From Candidatus Giovannonibacteria bacterium (GTDB taxonomy: Bacteria; Patescibacteriota; Minisyncoccia; UBA11713; 2-01-FULL-45-33): a stretch of 50,833 bases of DNA. Each line of letters opens with the position of its first letter. Position 1 is the first letter of the stretch. This document shows positions 36,401-44,871 of the stretch, piece by piece. Location of the stretch: contig JACOXN010000010.1 of assembly GCA_016176295.1 (NCBI GenBank), forward strand, positions 1 through 50,833, given 5' to 3'. The notes below the pieces were generated by a model. That model made no database searches. It was not told the origin of the DNA and was given only the letters and a program-made list of their open reading frames with translations. The position numbers were made by a program, and so were the translations under genes.

Positions 36401-38306
36401 TTCTTCAGCTGTCTTAGTTTTGAACCCGGCTTTGCCGCTGCCTGCCGGAAGCTCCCAGTCCCTGAACCTGGGTTCTCTTTCCTCCAACACCGCATACTAT
36501 GCCGCCATGAGAGTGACCGATGACGCAGGAAATGTTTCTCCCTTATCCAATGTTGCAAGCTTCACTACAACTTCGCCCGTTCCTCCCGCCGACACAACGC
36601 CGCCCTCCATATCCTCGGTCCAGGCGGCAAACATCACTGCCAACTCAGCCGCTGTAACATGGACCACCAACGAGCTGACCGACTCCCTGGTAAGATACGG
36701 CACATCGCAAACGAACCTCAGTCTTAATGCTTCAGCTTCCGACCTTACCACCTCGCATTCGATCGCCCTTTTAAATCTCCAGAGAAAGACCACTTACTAC
36801 TACCAGGTCTTTTCAAAAGACGCAGCCGGGAACCAGGCTATGTCCTCCATTTCTTCCTTCCGCACGTCAAGCAGCAAACCTCCCCAGGTCGGGAATCTGC
36901 AGGCAAAAGGCGGCTCGGTTATCCTTTCCTGGGCCGTACCATACAGCGACCCGTTCATTACCAAAATTGAAATATATCGGAGCACTTCCGGATATCCGGC
37001 CGCGGTCGCATCCGATCTCTTAGGCCCCATAAGCACGCTCAGCCAGGCTTCCTACACCGACACCGCAGTTTCCGCAGGAACCACTTATTATTACTCCGTC
37101 TTCACTGTTGATGACGAAGGCACGCGTTCCGACGCAGCCCAGGTTTCATACAGCGTTCCGGTTGCAACTAGCGCGCCGGTTCCTTCAACCGGTTCCTCCG
37201 GCCAATCGTCGGATACTACGGCTAGCCAAGGCGGCGGAGTCCCGACGCAGGGGTCGGGGTCCGTGGGTGGAGGCGGTACCGTTTCACTCTCCCAAGCCCA
37301 GGCTCCCGCCAATTTCCAGGCGAGGGGATCCAATAACCAAATCCTCCTTACTTGGTTCAACCCTGTCTCAGACCCCAACTTTGTAAGAGCAAGGATAATC
37401 CGCAAAGAGAATTCCGCCCCTACATCGGCCAATGACGGTGAAGTCATCTACGAAGGCACCGGCGAGGAATTCACCGACACCTCCCTTAGGTCCAATACCG
37501 CCTATTACTACGCCATCTTCGGCCTGAACCAGGCTTTGGCTCCCACGTCTTTGCTCCACGCCCAAGCCAAACTGGGAGAGAAGACCGAGGCGGAAATAGT
37601 AAAAGCCGTTGCCGAAGAAAGAAAGGAGAGAAAAATATTCCTTGCCTCCTCCTTGGCCAGTCTCGCAAATCCGCTTAAACTCGGAGACCAGGGCCGGGAT
37701 GTTATTGCCCTCCAAACCTTCCTCAATTTCATCGGCCTCCGCTCCGGAGACGCCACCGGCTTCTACGGAGTTCTTACCCAGGAAGCCGTCCAGAAATTCC
37801 AGGAGAAATACGACATAGTTTCGGGAGGAGTCCCGGAAAACACCGGTTACGGCTTTGTCGGCCCGCAGACTAAAGCCAAGATCAACCAGCTCATAGCCGC
37901 CCAGGGAAAGAAGATAACGACCGCCTTCAGTTATCGCTTTACCAAAGCTCTCCGGGCGGGCTCCGAAGACGAGGATGTGCGTCAGCTTCAAATCTTCCTT
38001 AACACTTTGGGATTCACCATATCTTCGGAAGGCTCAGGTTCTCCCGGGAACGAGACAAAATATTTCGGTTCACTCACCAAGCAGTCCCTGGCCCGCTTCC
38101 ATGAGTCCCAGATGCCCGAGGTCCCCAAGGAGGACAGGGGAACATTCGGCCCCAAGACCCGGGCCAAGCTGAACGAGCTTGCCGTAAATTCTTCCCAAGG
38201 AACTCTGCCCGCTCCGGCCTCTTCCGCTGCGGAAAAACAAGCACTCATCCAGCAGCTGCAAAAACAACTCGAGGCTTTGCAGAGGCAGTTTAATGCCTTG
38301 CATTGA
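30408..38306 (+). CDS. Giant multidomain surface protein (LamG, SH3-like x2, beta-propeller-like, FN3 repeats, peptidoglycan-binding x2, PT linkers)
   Basis: GLVGYW...F.GKIDEVRIYNRAL; LNVR...WWNINYD twice; DTTAP.IS...TTYHYRVKSKD repeats; G.DV..LQ.FLN twice. Confidence 0.9.
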   Translation: MRCRIRLIIGLSFFFLFIGGSFVVLSPHSRAAAPTNGLVGYWALNEASGTIAADSSGNGRTGTLTNGPIWIAGQVGNALSFDGVNDYVTMGTALDISALPFTLSAWVNPSNFNDYGTIIGKRTTYSSVGMRFNWDLYLGTGRVLFQSPTQDFLFSYNPPLNTWTHLSVVARSGGVDLYVNGALQQTMSGTLTLGTGSGAQLRIGNAPDGPDQFAGKIDEVRIYNRALTSTEVQDVFNAGGIIPTPTPTPTPTPTIVPTPTPTPVATPTPTPIPTITPTPTPTPTPTPTPTVSSTINIGEINILTTPDSGNGNLLVAQQTTLSQTATIQSLSFYVTTAGGNLRLGVYDATGPGGGPGQKKAETNSFTPVAGWNTANVISQVSLPAGTYWLAYLPSSSILGFRNDFSGSAKWYSYTYGVMPQTFSTAPSGGTYHWSFYATLNTSGVTPTPTPIPTPTPTITPTPTPTPIPIGTLTGLDFPSKGSPSVQFRFTGANLNNSWPATYIWRIKPRQQTGYYTTFFWGHMAAGSMADFEYNYYGAHPYPVGSNSGTTHNWEVSIAGQDVITDKNGFNTTVVKDRWFTQALTAERIGNDVKVTFYWDLDAGTNRVIETTQFGHALDFPPTNPGLVFGDAPWAPGNEMLSGIFRGLQIYSGKLSLADIQTEAANQMINTPQTAAGQANVWYVNQNPTPSDISDKSGKAHNPTWFTTARPTLYTSGVTPTPTPTPTPIVSTKFIAGDRVQVINGTLNVRSTPSTSGTLLGAHAIGDLGTVVGGPINVDGFNWWNINYDITPDGWSVEDNLQKVTPTPTPTPTPTPTPTPIGGTALGNLAASMAPGTWAKLTTNNISVPSQAFEAISGGGRSGTPGYDGNMAAWSSRKRKLMIQSTSDPQVQSNWSTDLIIYDDDSNTWSLGPNPHPGVKIGYHGYDGLAWDDTNETLYYRPGAYASPTIYRYSVNQGTWSTLPSATATGGCFQIGVALTYHTTMDGGSVLCYDGERGIVQFRESTGTWSNVLPGTLVSGTGSYHTCAEYSPKKQVTVFGCGGGTAMYKIANDKTVTRLIDAPSSLNYGIVNHDMVVNPVNGNFIVIIGYAAGKGRLYELNPDGAGTWTLLDNDLTTPGKICETFYDSSAGCSGDFYGASVPTYNVIMYWKYRSPSTGEVWLYKPAGSITPIPTPTPTPTPTPTPTPTPVSTKFSINDRVQVFSGPLNVRDAANGNLLGTQATGNLGTVIGGPINAGSFNWWNINYDVAPDGWSAEDFLVKYIAPTPTPTPTPVTSGGTDFQTRCAAIGVIKCIGFDQASDIINTQWGANTGIDTNGASIPTLDFNLKASGNSSLKFTIPSNSPANTSGSYWANFSTDLATQFGGDSEFYIQWRQRFSPEFLTTAYQGGGGWKQAIIGTGDKPGCTTSNSTNCSSSCTALEVVTNNNYYRGFSQMYNSCTGSATHGPYDGFEELFGGYDFKLQNAMPSPYCLYSTSPSFPGCFKYASNEWMTFQVKIKTGPRVGDEFKNSFVELWIAREGQPSQLVINWGPYNLTAGTVGANDQFGKVWLMPYNTGKDPSQSHPTAYTWYDDLIISRNKIADPGGTVPAPLPTPTPTPTITPTPTPTPTSTPTPTPIPTPTSDATAPVISSVSASSISQSQATISWLTNELSDTQVEYGVTTSYGSQTVLNSSLVTSHFQTLSSLSVGTTYHYRVKSKDSAGNLAVSLDNTFTTSPAPDTQGPSAISNLQISNLQTNSFVLSWNSPSDLPNGGAAASYDLRYGTSPITSANFSSAIQATGEPSPSSPGFPQSYTLASLNSGTLYYAAVVSSDSAGNLSALSNVPFATTLTPAPTPTPIPTPTPIPTPTPDTTAPIISSVSSSSIFQSQATISWTTNESSDTQVEYGLTTAYGSLSALNTALSTSHAVSISSLAPNTTYHYRVKSKDASGNLAVSGDNIFITLTAPDTTAPAAIANLSASNVTENSATLTWTSTGDDGSIGTAASYEIRYSTAPITSANFSSAVLVLNPALPLPAGSSQSLNLGSLSSNTAYYAAMRVTDDAGNVSPLSNVASFTTTSPVPPADTTPPSISSVQAANITANSAAVTWTTNELTDSLVRYGTSQTNLSLNASASDLTTSHSIALLNLQRKTTYYYQVFSKDAAGNQAMSSISSFRTSSSKPPQVGNLQAKGGSVILSWAVPYSDPFITKIEIYRSTSGYPAAVASDLLGPISTLSQASYTDTAVSAGTTYYYSVFTVDDEGTRSDAAQVSYSVPVATSAPVPSTGSSGQSSDTTASQGGGVPTQGSGSVGGGGTVSLSQAQAPANFQARGSNNQILLTWFNPVSDPNFVRARIIRKENSAPTSANDGEVIYEGTGEEFTDTSLRSNTAYYYAIFGLNQALAPTSLLHAQAKLGEKTEAEIVKAVAEERKERKIFLASSLASLANPLKLGDQGRDVIALQTFLNFIGLRSGDATGFYGVLTQEAVQKFQEKYDIVSGGVPENTGYGFVGPQTKAKINQLIAAQGKKITTAFSYRFTKALRAGSEDEDVRQLQIFLNTLGFTISSEGSGSPGNETKYFGSLTKQSLARFHESQMPEVPKEDRGTFGPKTRAKLNELAVNSSQGTLPAPASSAAEKQALIQQLQKQLEALQRQFNALH

Positions 38307-38386
38307 TTTTATTTCTACAAAACACTAAATTAGTGAGGGGCGTCTCATTAATACTATTTTCATTAAAGCTGTTCAATATATAGTGT

Positions 38387-38644
38387 ATGAATATACTATT
38401 GTGGGTAATTTTTGGAGGCCTTGCCGGCTGGGTAGGAAGCCTCATTGTAGGAGGTGATGCTCAGATGGGCATCTTCGCTAATATCGTCGTGGGAATAGTG
38501 GGTGCTCTTATTGGGGGCTGGATCGCCGACCAGACACCGTTCGGCGGGAAGCCCGGAGCGGAACGGCCCACGTCGTTTCTTAGTTTCGGGATCGCCGTAC
38601 TGGGTGCAGTGATACTACTCTTCGTTATCAATATGATTTTTTAA
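38387..38644 (+). CDS. GlsB/YeaQ/YmgE transglycosylase-associated membrane protein
   Basis: GGLAGW...NIVVGIVGALIGG...AVLGAVILL. Confidence 0.92.
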   Translation: MNILLWVIFGGLAGWVGSLIVGGDAQMGIFANIVVGIVGALIGGWIADQTPFGGKPGAERPTSFLSFGIAVLGAVILLFVINMIF

Positions 38645-38799
38645 GAAATAACGCGAAAAAATAACACCCAGCTTGCCCGAAGCCGGTTCCTTGATTTTTC
38701 ATCAAAGTTAGTGTAATATGCAGTGGTGTCGGATTACCGCCTAGTATAGGCGGTTTTATGTTGAAATATAAGGGTTTTTACCAATTAAGCCTTAATTAT

Positions 38800-39207
38800 A
38801 TGAATTTTCTAATACTGGCAGCTATTACCGCATTCGTCACATTCCAGCAGATAGCCCACGCCCCGGGTTTGCCCTCGGCAGAGGCTTCTGAGCCGGCCCC
38901 TAAGGTTATAAAGGCAGAAGTGCCCAAAACCGCTTCCGGAAAGATCAAATTACCGGAAATACTTGAAAAAATAGCGTTTTGCGAATCCGGAGGAAGGCAG
39001 GTGGACGACAAAGGCAGAGTTATCATCGGAGCCATTAACAAATCTGATATTGGCAAGTACCAGATAAACAAAGAATATTGGCTCGCGCTTGCCGAAGATT
39101 TGGGGCACGATATCTACACCGAAGAGGGGAACCTGGCTATGGCTCTCGTGCTTTATGAAAAGTACGGCACCGCTCCATGGAAATCGTCCGAAAAATGCTG
39201 GAAATAA
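38800..39207 (+). CDS. Secreted lysozyme-like/lytic transglycosylase-like protein
   Basis: IAFCESG, DIGKYQIN, GN...A..LY..YG..PW. Confidence 0.75.
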   Translation: MNFLILAAITAFVTFQQIAHAPGLPSAEASEPAPKVIKAEVPKTASGKIKLPEILEKIAFCESGGRQVDDKGRVIIGAINKSDIGKYQINKEYWLALAEDLGHDIYTEEGNLAMALVLYEKYGTAPWKSSEKCWK

Positions 39208-39216
39208 TAAGTTTTA

Positions 39217-39251
39217 AAAAAACAATCCCGCGGACCGCGGGATTGTTTTTT
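39217..39251 (+). terminator. Intrinsic terminator
   Basis: aaaacaatcccgcgg-a-ccgcgggattgtttttt. Confidence 0.85.
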
Positions 39252-39284
39252 GTTTAGAGAAAAAAGTGTATACTCAGATAACTT

Positions 39285-40259
39285 ATGCTTATAGATGACG
39301 TAAAAATAAGAATTTCAGCCGGGCACGGAGGAAAAGGCAAAGTAGCCTTCAACACGGTTAAAATGAGCTTGGGCCCTACCGGGGCTTCGGGGGGAAGGGG
39401 CGGGAACGTTTACGCCGAAGGCGTGAGCGATCTTTCGGCTTTGGGCCAATTCCGGTTCAAAAAGGTTTTTGAGGCCGAGAGCGGCATGCCCGGCCAGGCG
39501 CAGTTCCGCGACGGCATTCACGGCAAAGATCTCGTATTAAAATTGCCGGTGGGAACCGTAATACACAATTTGACGTCTAATTCGGATACGGAAATCTCAA
39601 AGATAGGCGAAAAAATTCTTCTCGCGGAAGGAGGTTTCGGCGGGAAAGGTAATTATCATTTCCGTTCGCCCACCAACACCACTCCCAAAGAATTCCAGCC
39701 GGGCCTCCCCGGGGAGGAATTTGACCTCCATTTGGAATTGAAACTTATTGCCGACGTCGGATTTGTGGGATTGCCCAATGTAGGCAAATCCAGTCTTTTA
39801 AACGCTATTACCCGTGCCCAAAGCAAGGTCGCGAACTACCCGTTCACCACCCTTGAGCCCAATCTCGGAGTTTATTATGAGCTTATCCTCGCCGATATCC
39901 CCGGGCTTATTGAAGGATCATCGCAGGGCAAAGGGCTCGGTATAAAATTTCTAAAACATGTCGAGCGGACCGGTACGCTATTCCATTTTATTTCATCCGA
40001 ATCCGAAACCCCCGAAAAGGATTACCGGGTCATCCGCAATGAACTGGAAGAATACAATAAAGCTCTGCTAAAAAAAACTGAATATTTGTTCCTGACCAAA
40101 GCTGATCTTTTAACTCCGGCTGAAGTCAAAAAAAAGCTGGCTCTCCTCAGCAAAATATCGCCACAGGCGGTCGCCTTCTCAATTCATGATGAAGCCAGCC
40201 TAGGAAAAGTAAAGAAAATTCTAAACAAATTAAAAGATGACAAATTTATGTTAAAATAA
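39285..40259 (+). CDS. obgE: GTPase ObgE/CgtA
   Basis: Gly-rich Obg fold, GLPNVGKSS, YPFTTLEP, DIPGLIEG. Confidence 0.96.
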   Translation: MLIDDVKIRISAGHGGKGKVAFNTVKMSLGPTGASGGRGGNVYAEGVSDLSALGQFRFKKVFEAESGMPGQAQFRDGIHGKDLVLKLPVGTVIHNLTSNSDTEISKIGEKILLAEGGFGGKGNYHFRSPTNTTPKEFQPGLPGEEFDLHLELKLIADVGFVGLPNVGKSSLLNAITRAQSKVANYPFTTLEPNLGVYYELILADIPGLIEGSSQGKGLGIKFLKHVERTGTLFHFISSESETPEKDYRVIRNELEEYNKALLKKTEYLFLTKADLLTPAEVKKKLALLSKISPQAVAFSIHDEASLGKVKKILNKLKDDKFMLK

Positions 40260-40263
40260 TTAC

Positions 40264-40836
40264 ATGTTTACGACAAAAAATTTGGTTATCGGAATGGGCG
40301 TGCTTATTTTAATTATGCTTGGGCTTCTTTTATTTGTTGACAGTGATATAAAAAAAGCCGAAAACGAACAGCATAAAGTATATTCCAATCCTAAGTACGG
40401 TATCTCTTTTGAATACCCCGACAATTATTTTCTTAAAGAGGGCGAGGCCGGTAATGGCGAGCGTTATCATTACAATATCACTCTGGTAGAAGATACACCC
40501 GGCAATCGCGAGATGCTGTCAGGCAAGGTGGCGGGTGAAGGTCCGACCGCGATAACAGTGGATATATTTCAGAATAATCTTGATAATTTGAGTGTTGAGC
40601 AGTGGATAAGGACGACCAGTTTCTCTAATTTCAAGCTTTCAGACGAAAAACTGGGCACAACTACGGTGGGCGGCAGCGCGGCGCTGTCTTACTCTTGGGA
40701 CGGATTATATCGAGGTGACAGTCTGATATTCGCCCATAAAGAAAATATTGTCATGCTTTCAGCCACTTATCTTACGGCGGAAGACGCCATACTCAGAGAT
40801 TTTTCCGGAATAGTTTCAACTTTCGAACTCAAATAA
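40264..40836 (+). CDS. Membrane-anchored hypothetical protein (PsbP-like pattern)
   Basis: TM, Y.NPKYGISFEYP, C-terminal IVSTF. Confidence 0.65.
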   Translation: MFTTKNLVIGMGVLILIMLGLLLFVDSDIKKAENEQHKVYSNPKYGISFEYPDNYFLKEGEAGNGERYHYNITLVEDTPGNREMLSGKVAGEGPTAITVDIFQNNLDNLSVEQWIRTTSFSNFKLSDEKLGTTTVGGSAALSYSWDGLYRGDSLIFAHKENIVMLSATYLTAEDAILRDFSGIVSTFELK

Positions 40837-40924
40837 TATTCTCTGCGTGCGCCGGCTTTTCTTAATTTTAAAATCAATTCAACGCTAAAATAAGAAAATA
40901 AAATCTGTGGTACAATAATTATTA

Positions 40925-42637
40925 ATGGCCACGGGATTATTCACTGAATTTGGATTGATACTGATCATAGCGAGCTTCATGTCGCTTTTGATGCGCCTGC
41001 TTCGCCAGCCGCTCATCATCGGCCATATTCTCACGGGTTTGGTTGTGGGACCTTTAGTGTTGAATGTGCTTCATTCGGGAGAGATTTTTAAATTTTTCGG
41101 TGAAATAGGAATCGCTTTTCTGCTTTTTACGGTGGGTTTAAGCCTCAACCCCAGAATACTGAAAGACTACGGTAAGGTCGCGCTTATTTCCGGCATTGGA
41201 CAGGTTGTCATTACGTCGCTGACAGGTTTAGGAATTCTCCTCCTTTTGGGATTCAGCCTGGTTTCTTCGGTATATATATCCATTGCGCTCGCATTTTCCA
41301 GTACCATCATAATCTTGAAGCTCATTTCCGACAAAGGCGACCTTGAAAAACTCTATGCCAAGATCGCCATAGGCTTTTTACTGGTGCAGGATCTGATTGC
41401 AATAGTTCTGCTCTTTTCCATACCGATAATTTCAGTCAAATCCGGTTCTTTGGGAGACCTCACGCTCCTTTTGGGGCGCGCCGTCGGGTTCGCAATCATG
41501 GTTTTTCTTTTTTCGCGGTATGTTCTTGTCCGCCTTCACGCGTCCTTCGAACGTTCACCGGAATTTCTTTTTCTCGCTTCGGCAGCCTGGGGCCTGGGCA
41601 TTGCCCTTATTTTCAGAAAAATTGGAATGTCGATTGAGGCGGGAGCTTTGATTGCCGGTGTGGCGCTTTCGCTTCTGCCATCACGCGAAGAGATACATTC
41701 TAAATTTATCCCTATCCGTGATTTTTTTATAGTCATTTTCTTCGTCGTTTTGGGGGCAGAAATAGTGTTGGGTGACTGGCAGACCTTTTTATTCCCGGCC
41801 ATACTGCTTTCACTTATGGTTCTGATTTTAAATCCGGTCATTATGATGATGATTCTCGGCGTAATGGGGTACCGCCGGAAAACTAGCCTGCAGACTGGCT
41901 TTACAGTAGCGCAAATTAGCGAGTTCTCTCTGATTCTTGTCGCGCTCGGAGTCTCCCTCGGACACGTCACCAACGAAGAGCTTTCGATGGTGACGCTCAT
42001 TGGAATAATTACAATATTCGGCTCGTCTTATCTGGTCCTTTACTCAGATTGGTGGTACAGAATTCTCCGACCCTACATTAAAATATTCGAAAGAAAACAA
42101 CCCATTGAACGGCCGGAAGAAAATAAATCTTATGATTTCGTACTTATTGGCGGTTCACGCATCGGTTCCGATTTCATAGATATGTTCCGCAATAACGGTG
42201 GGAACCTGCTCGTAGTCGACCACGACCCGGAAGTTGTCTCGTGGCTGGAAACCGAAAGAATAGACTATGAACTTGGTGACGCCGGCGATATTGATTTTTT
42301 GGATTCATTGAAATTGAAGACTGCTAAACTGGTGGTTTCCACCGTACCGGATTTTGATGTCAATTTGCTTATTCTCGAAATGAGCCTTACGGAGGGGAGA
42401 GGACCCACGGTAATGGCCGTAGCGCATAGCATCTCAAACGCTCTTGGACTTTACGAAGCCGGCGCGAGTTATGTGATACTGCCGCATTTTTTGGGAGGAA
42501 AATATGCTTCCGATATCGCGCTTCAATTCGTAAAGGCTGCCAGGGACGTAAGCGAAATACGTGCGGAACACGTCCACGAGCTTGAACATCGGGCTCGCCG
42601 CGGGCACGAACACCCGGTAGTGGAACGCTACCGCTAA
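40925..42637 (+). CDS. CPA2 cation:proton antiporter with TrkA-N domain (Kef-like)
   Basis: FSSTIII, LLVQD, AQISEFS, IGGSRIG. Confidence 0.92.
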   Translation: MATGLFTEFGLILIIASFMSLLMRLLRQPLIIGHILTGLVVGPLVLNVLHSGEIFKFFGEIGIAFLLFTVGLSLNPRILKDYGKVALISGIGQVVITSLTGLGILLLLGFSLVSSVYISIALAFSSTIIILKLISDKGDLEKLYAKIAIGFLLVQDLIAIVLLFSIPIISVKSGSLGDLTLLLGRAVGFAIMVFLFSRYVLVRLHASFERSPEFLFLASAAWGLGIALIFRKIGMSIEAGALIAGVALSLLPSREEIHSKFIPIRDFFIVIFFVVLGAEIVLGDWQTFLFPAILLSLMVLILNPVIMMMILGVMGYRRKTSLQTGFTVAQISEFSLILVALGVSLGHVTNEELSMVTLIGIITIFGSSYLVLYSDWWYRILRPYIKIFERKQPIERPEENKSYDFVLIGGSRIGSDFIDMFRNNGGNLLVVDHDPEVVSWLETERIDYELGDAGDIDFLDSLKLKTAKLVVSTVPDFDVNLLILEMSLTEGRGPTVMAVAHSISNALGLYEAGASYVILPHFLGGKYASDIALQFVKAARDVSEIRAEHVHELEHRARRGHEHPVVERYR

Positions 42638-42713
42638 AAATTCATTAATATTCACTTGACTTTTTAAAAAATTGCGCTACACTTCTTTCATAAAACCATG
42701 GAGGAGGGCAGTA

Positions 42714-42917
42714 ATGTCTGAAGATAGGGAAGAAATGGTTAAGAACATCGACCGCCGGATAATTGCCGACTATATAGCGCGCGATCCGGTCGGACGAGGG
42801 CTTACGAAGGAGGCGCGGGAGGCCGCAATACTTCACGCGCTAAGCGTAAGGCCAAAAGAAATCGGCTACCCTGAAGCCGTGCAAATGGGTATCAAGCACG
42901 CGGCTTCAAATGTCTAA
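42714..42917 (+). CDS. Small hypothetical protein
   Basis: GGAGGAG RBS, upstream TTGACT/TACACT, downstream terminator. Confidence 0.55.
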   Translation: MSEDREEMVKNIDRRIIADYIARDPVGRGLTKEAREAAILHALSVRPKEIGYPEAVQMGIKHAASNV

Positions 42918-42985
42918 AGCGATACCCGGTTCAAAGAGCTAATAGGCTCTTTTTTTGTTTTACTTGACGTTAAATCCCAATTAAT

Positions 42986-43378
42986 TTATGTTTTTTTGAA
43001 ATCCAAAGCGCAGGAATTTATGCAGAATCTTTTGCCGGAGGGCTTCGGCCCGTCATAAAAAAGATGACCCAAATGCGAATCGCAATTAGAACAGACAACC
43101 TCTATCCTGTGCATTCCCGAAGCCTTGTCGTCGTGAAGTTCAACCGCATCATTGTGCAAGATATCAAAAAAACTCGGCCATCCCGTGCCGGAATCGAATT
43201 TCGCATCCGAGGAAAATATAGTAGCACCGCAGGCCCGGCAGTGGTATGTGCCGTCCTCGTGCGTATCCCAATACTTCCCGGTAAATGCCGGTTCAGTGCC
43301 TTTGCCTCTTAACACGCTATACTCTTCAGGAGAAAGCTCCTTCTTCCATTCCTCTTCGCTTTTATCCAGCTTTTCCAT
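42986..43378 (-). CDS. msrB: Peptide methionine-R-sulfoxide reductase
   Basis: GTE.AF, KFDSGTGWPSF, HLGHLF.DGP, RFCINS. Confidence 0.97.
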   Translation of the reverse strand: MEKLDKSEEEWKKELSPEEYSVLRGKGTEPAFTGKYWDTHEDGTYHCRACGATIFSSDAKFDSGTGWPSFFDILHNDAVELHDDKASGMHRIEVVCSNCDSHLGHLFYDGPKPSGKRFCINSCALDFKKT

Positions 43379-43421
43379 GCCTCATCTTATCATAATAGAG
43401 CTGAAATGGTATGGTTTGTAC

Positions 43422-44855
43422 ATGGACGGAGAAATAAAAAAAATCGTCTTCACTCCTTCGCTCTTTTACCATTATTCTATTTGTCCGCATTGGATTTGGA
43501 ACGATATTTACGGAGACCCGGAAAAAAAGAAAGAAATTTCGGAGTTCACTTCAAAAATTCTTGAAGAAGGGGTTCTGCACGAAGAAAAATATATCCAGGG
43601 ACTTGACGCAGTAAAAATCGAAACTAAAGACGTGGCCGAAGGTTTCAAAGAAACCTTGAAACATATGAAAAAAGGTGCCCCTCTTATTTATCAGGGGTCC
43701 ATACAGGCGGAGATCGACGGCGTCCAATTCCGCGGAAGGCCTGACCTTTTGGAAAAACACGACGGGAAGTCGCAATTCGGAAACTGGTTCTACGCGCCCG
43801 TTGACATTAAAAGCAGCCGTGAATTAAAACCGGAGCACCTTATGCAACTGGCTCTTTACGGAATGATATTGGAAAGAATTCAAAACTTTTTTCCGGAAGA
43901 AGTCTCTATCATTAACCGCGATTTTACGCATGTCAGGCACATATTGACCCTGCTTGACCGGGATAAGACCAAAAAAAAGATAAATGATATTTTAGCCGTC
44001 ATCCGAGGAGCCAAGCCGCCCCTCACATTGACAAGCGCCTGCCACAACAGCAATCCCTGGTGGGGGGAATGCTTAAAGGAAGCCGTAGAAAAAAATGATT
44101 TGGCGCTCATATATAACTTCAATTCAAAAGCTTTCGATGACCTCCGCGCAAACGGAATAAATACGGTTGCGGATCTCGCGCATGCCGACCTATCACTGCT
44201 CCCGAAAATCAGATTCGCCTCGCCCGAAGTGCTGGATAAAAAGAGGATGCAAGCAAAAGCCCTTATTGAAAAAAAAGTTATACGTCTTTCCAGCATTGAA
44301 ATGCCAGAGGCGCCGCTCAAAATATTCTTTGACATTGAGGGAGACCCTTTTCTTAATGTCGAGTATCTCTTCGGATTTTGGATAAGTGAAGCGGGGCGCG
44401 ACCCTTATTATAAATATTTTCTGGCCGAGAAACCTGAGGAGGAGGGAAAAATGTGGCAGGAATTCCTACTTTGGGTAAAAAACCTGCCCGAAAACTACAA
44501 AGTTTATCATTATCATCATTATGAAAGCGTAAAACTCAAACAGCTCGGCGAGAGATATTCGCGGATACCCGAGCTTCAAATTTTTGAAAATAGCATGTTT
44601 GACATGGCAAAAATGGTCATGGAATCGGTTATTTTTCCGGTCTATTTTTATTCCATTAAGGATATTGCCAAATATCTCGGTTTTTCCTGGAGACACGAAA
44701 AAGCCGGAGGAGCCCAAAGCATCCTTTGGTATGAAGAATGGCTCGAAAAAAAAGACAGGGGCGTTTTGGAGGATGTTATCAAATATAACGAAGATGATGT
44801 AAGAGCGACAGAATTCCTGTATGAGTGGCTGAAAAACCCGCAAAACAACAAATAA
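43422..44855 (+). CDS. TM0106-type RecB-like nuclease with RNase H-like C-terminal domain
   Basis: GRPDLL, PVDIK, QLALY, FFDIEGDP, YSIKDIA, YNEDDVRAT. Confidence 0.88.
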   Translation: MDGEIKKIVFTPSLFYHYSICPHWIWNDIYGDPEKKKEISEFTSKILEEGVLHEEKYIQGLDAVKIETKDVAEGFKETLKHMKKGAPLIYQGSIQAEIDGVQFRGRPDLLEKHDGKSQFGNWFYAPVDIKSSRELKPEHLMQLALYGMILERIQNFFPEEVSIINRDFTHVRHILTLLDRDKTKKKINDILAVIRGAKPPLTLTSACHNSNPWWGECLKEAVEKNDLALIYNFNSKAFDDLRANGINTVADLAHADLSLLPKIRFASPEVLDKKRMQAKALIEKKVIRLSSIEMPEAPLKIFFDIEGDPFLNVEYLFGFWISEAGRDPYYKYFLAEKPEEEGKMWQEFLLWVKNLPENYKVYHYHHYESVKLKQLGERYSRIPELQIFENSMFDMAKMVMESVIFPVYFYSIKDIAKYLGFSWRHEKAGGAQSILWYEEWLEKKDRGVLEDVIKYNEDDVRATEFLYEWLKNPQNNK

Positions 44856-44871
44856 GTGCTACAATAAACCC

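Noticed and set aside
43152-43421. Long N-terminal extension of the TM0106 ORF
   Set aside because: It is the antisense shadow of msrB; ATG 43422 is the plausible start
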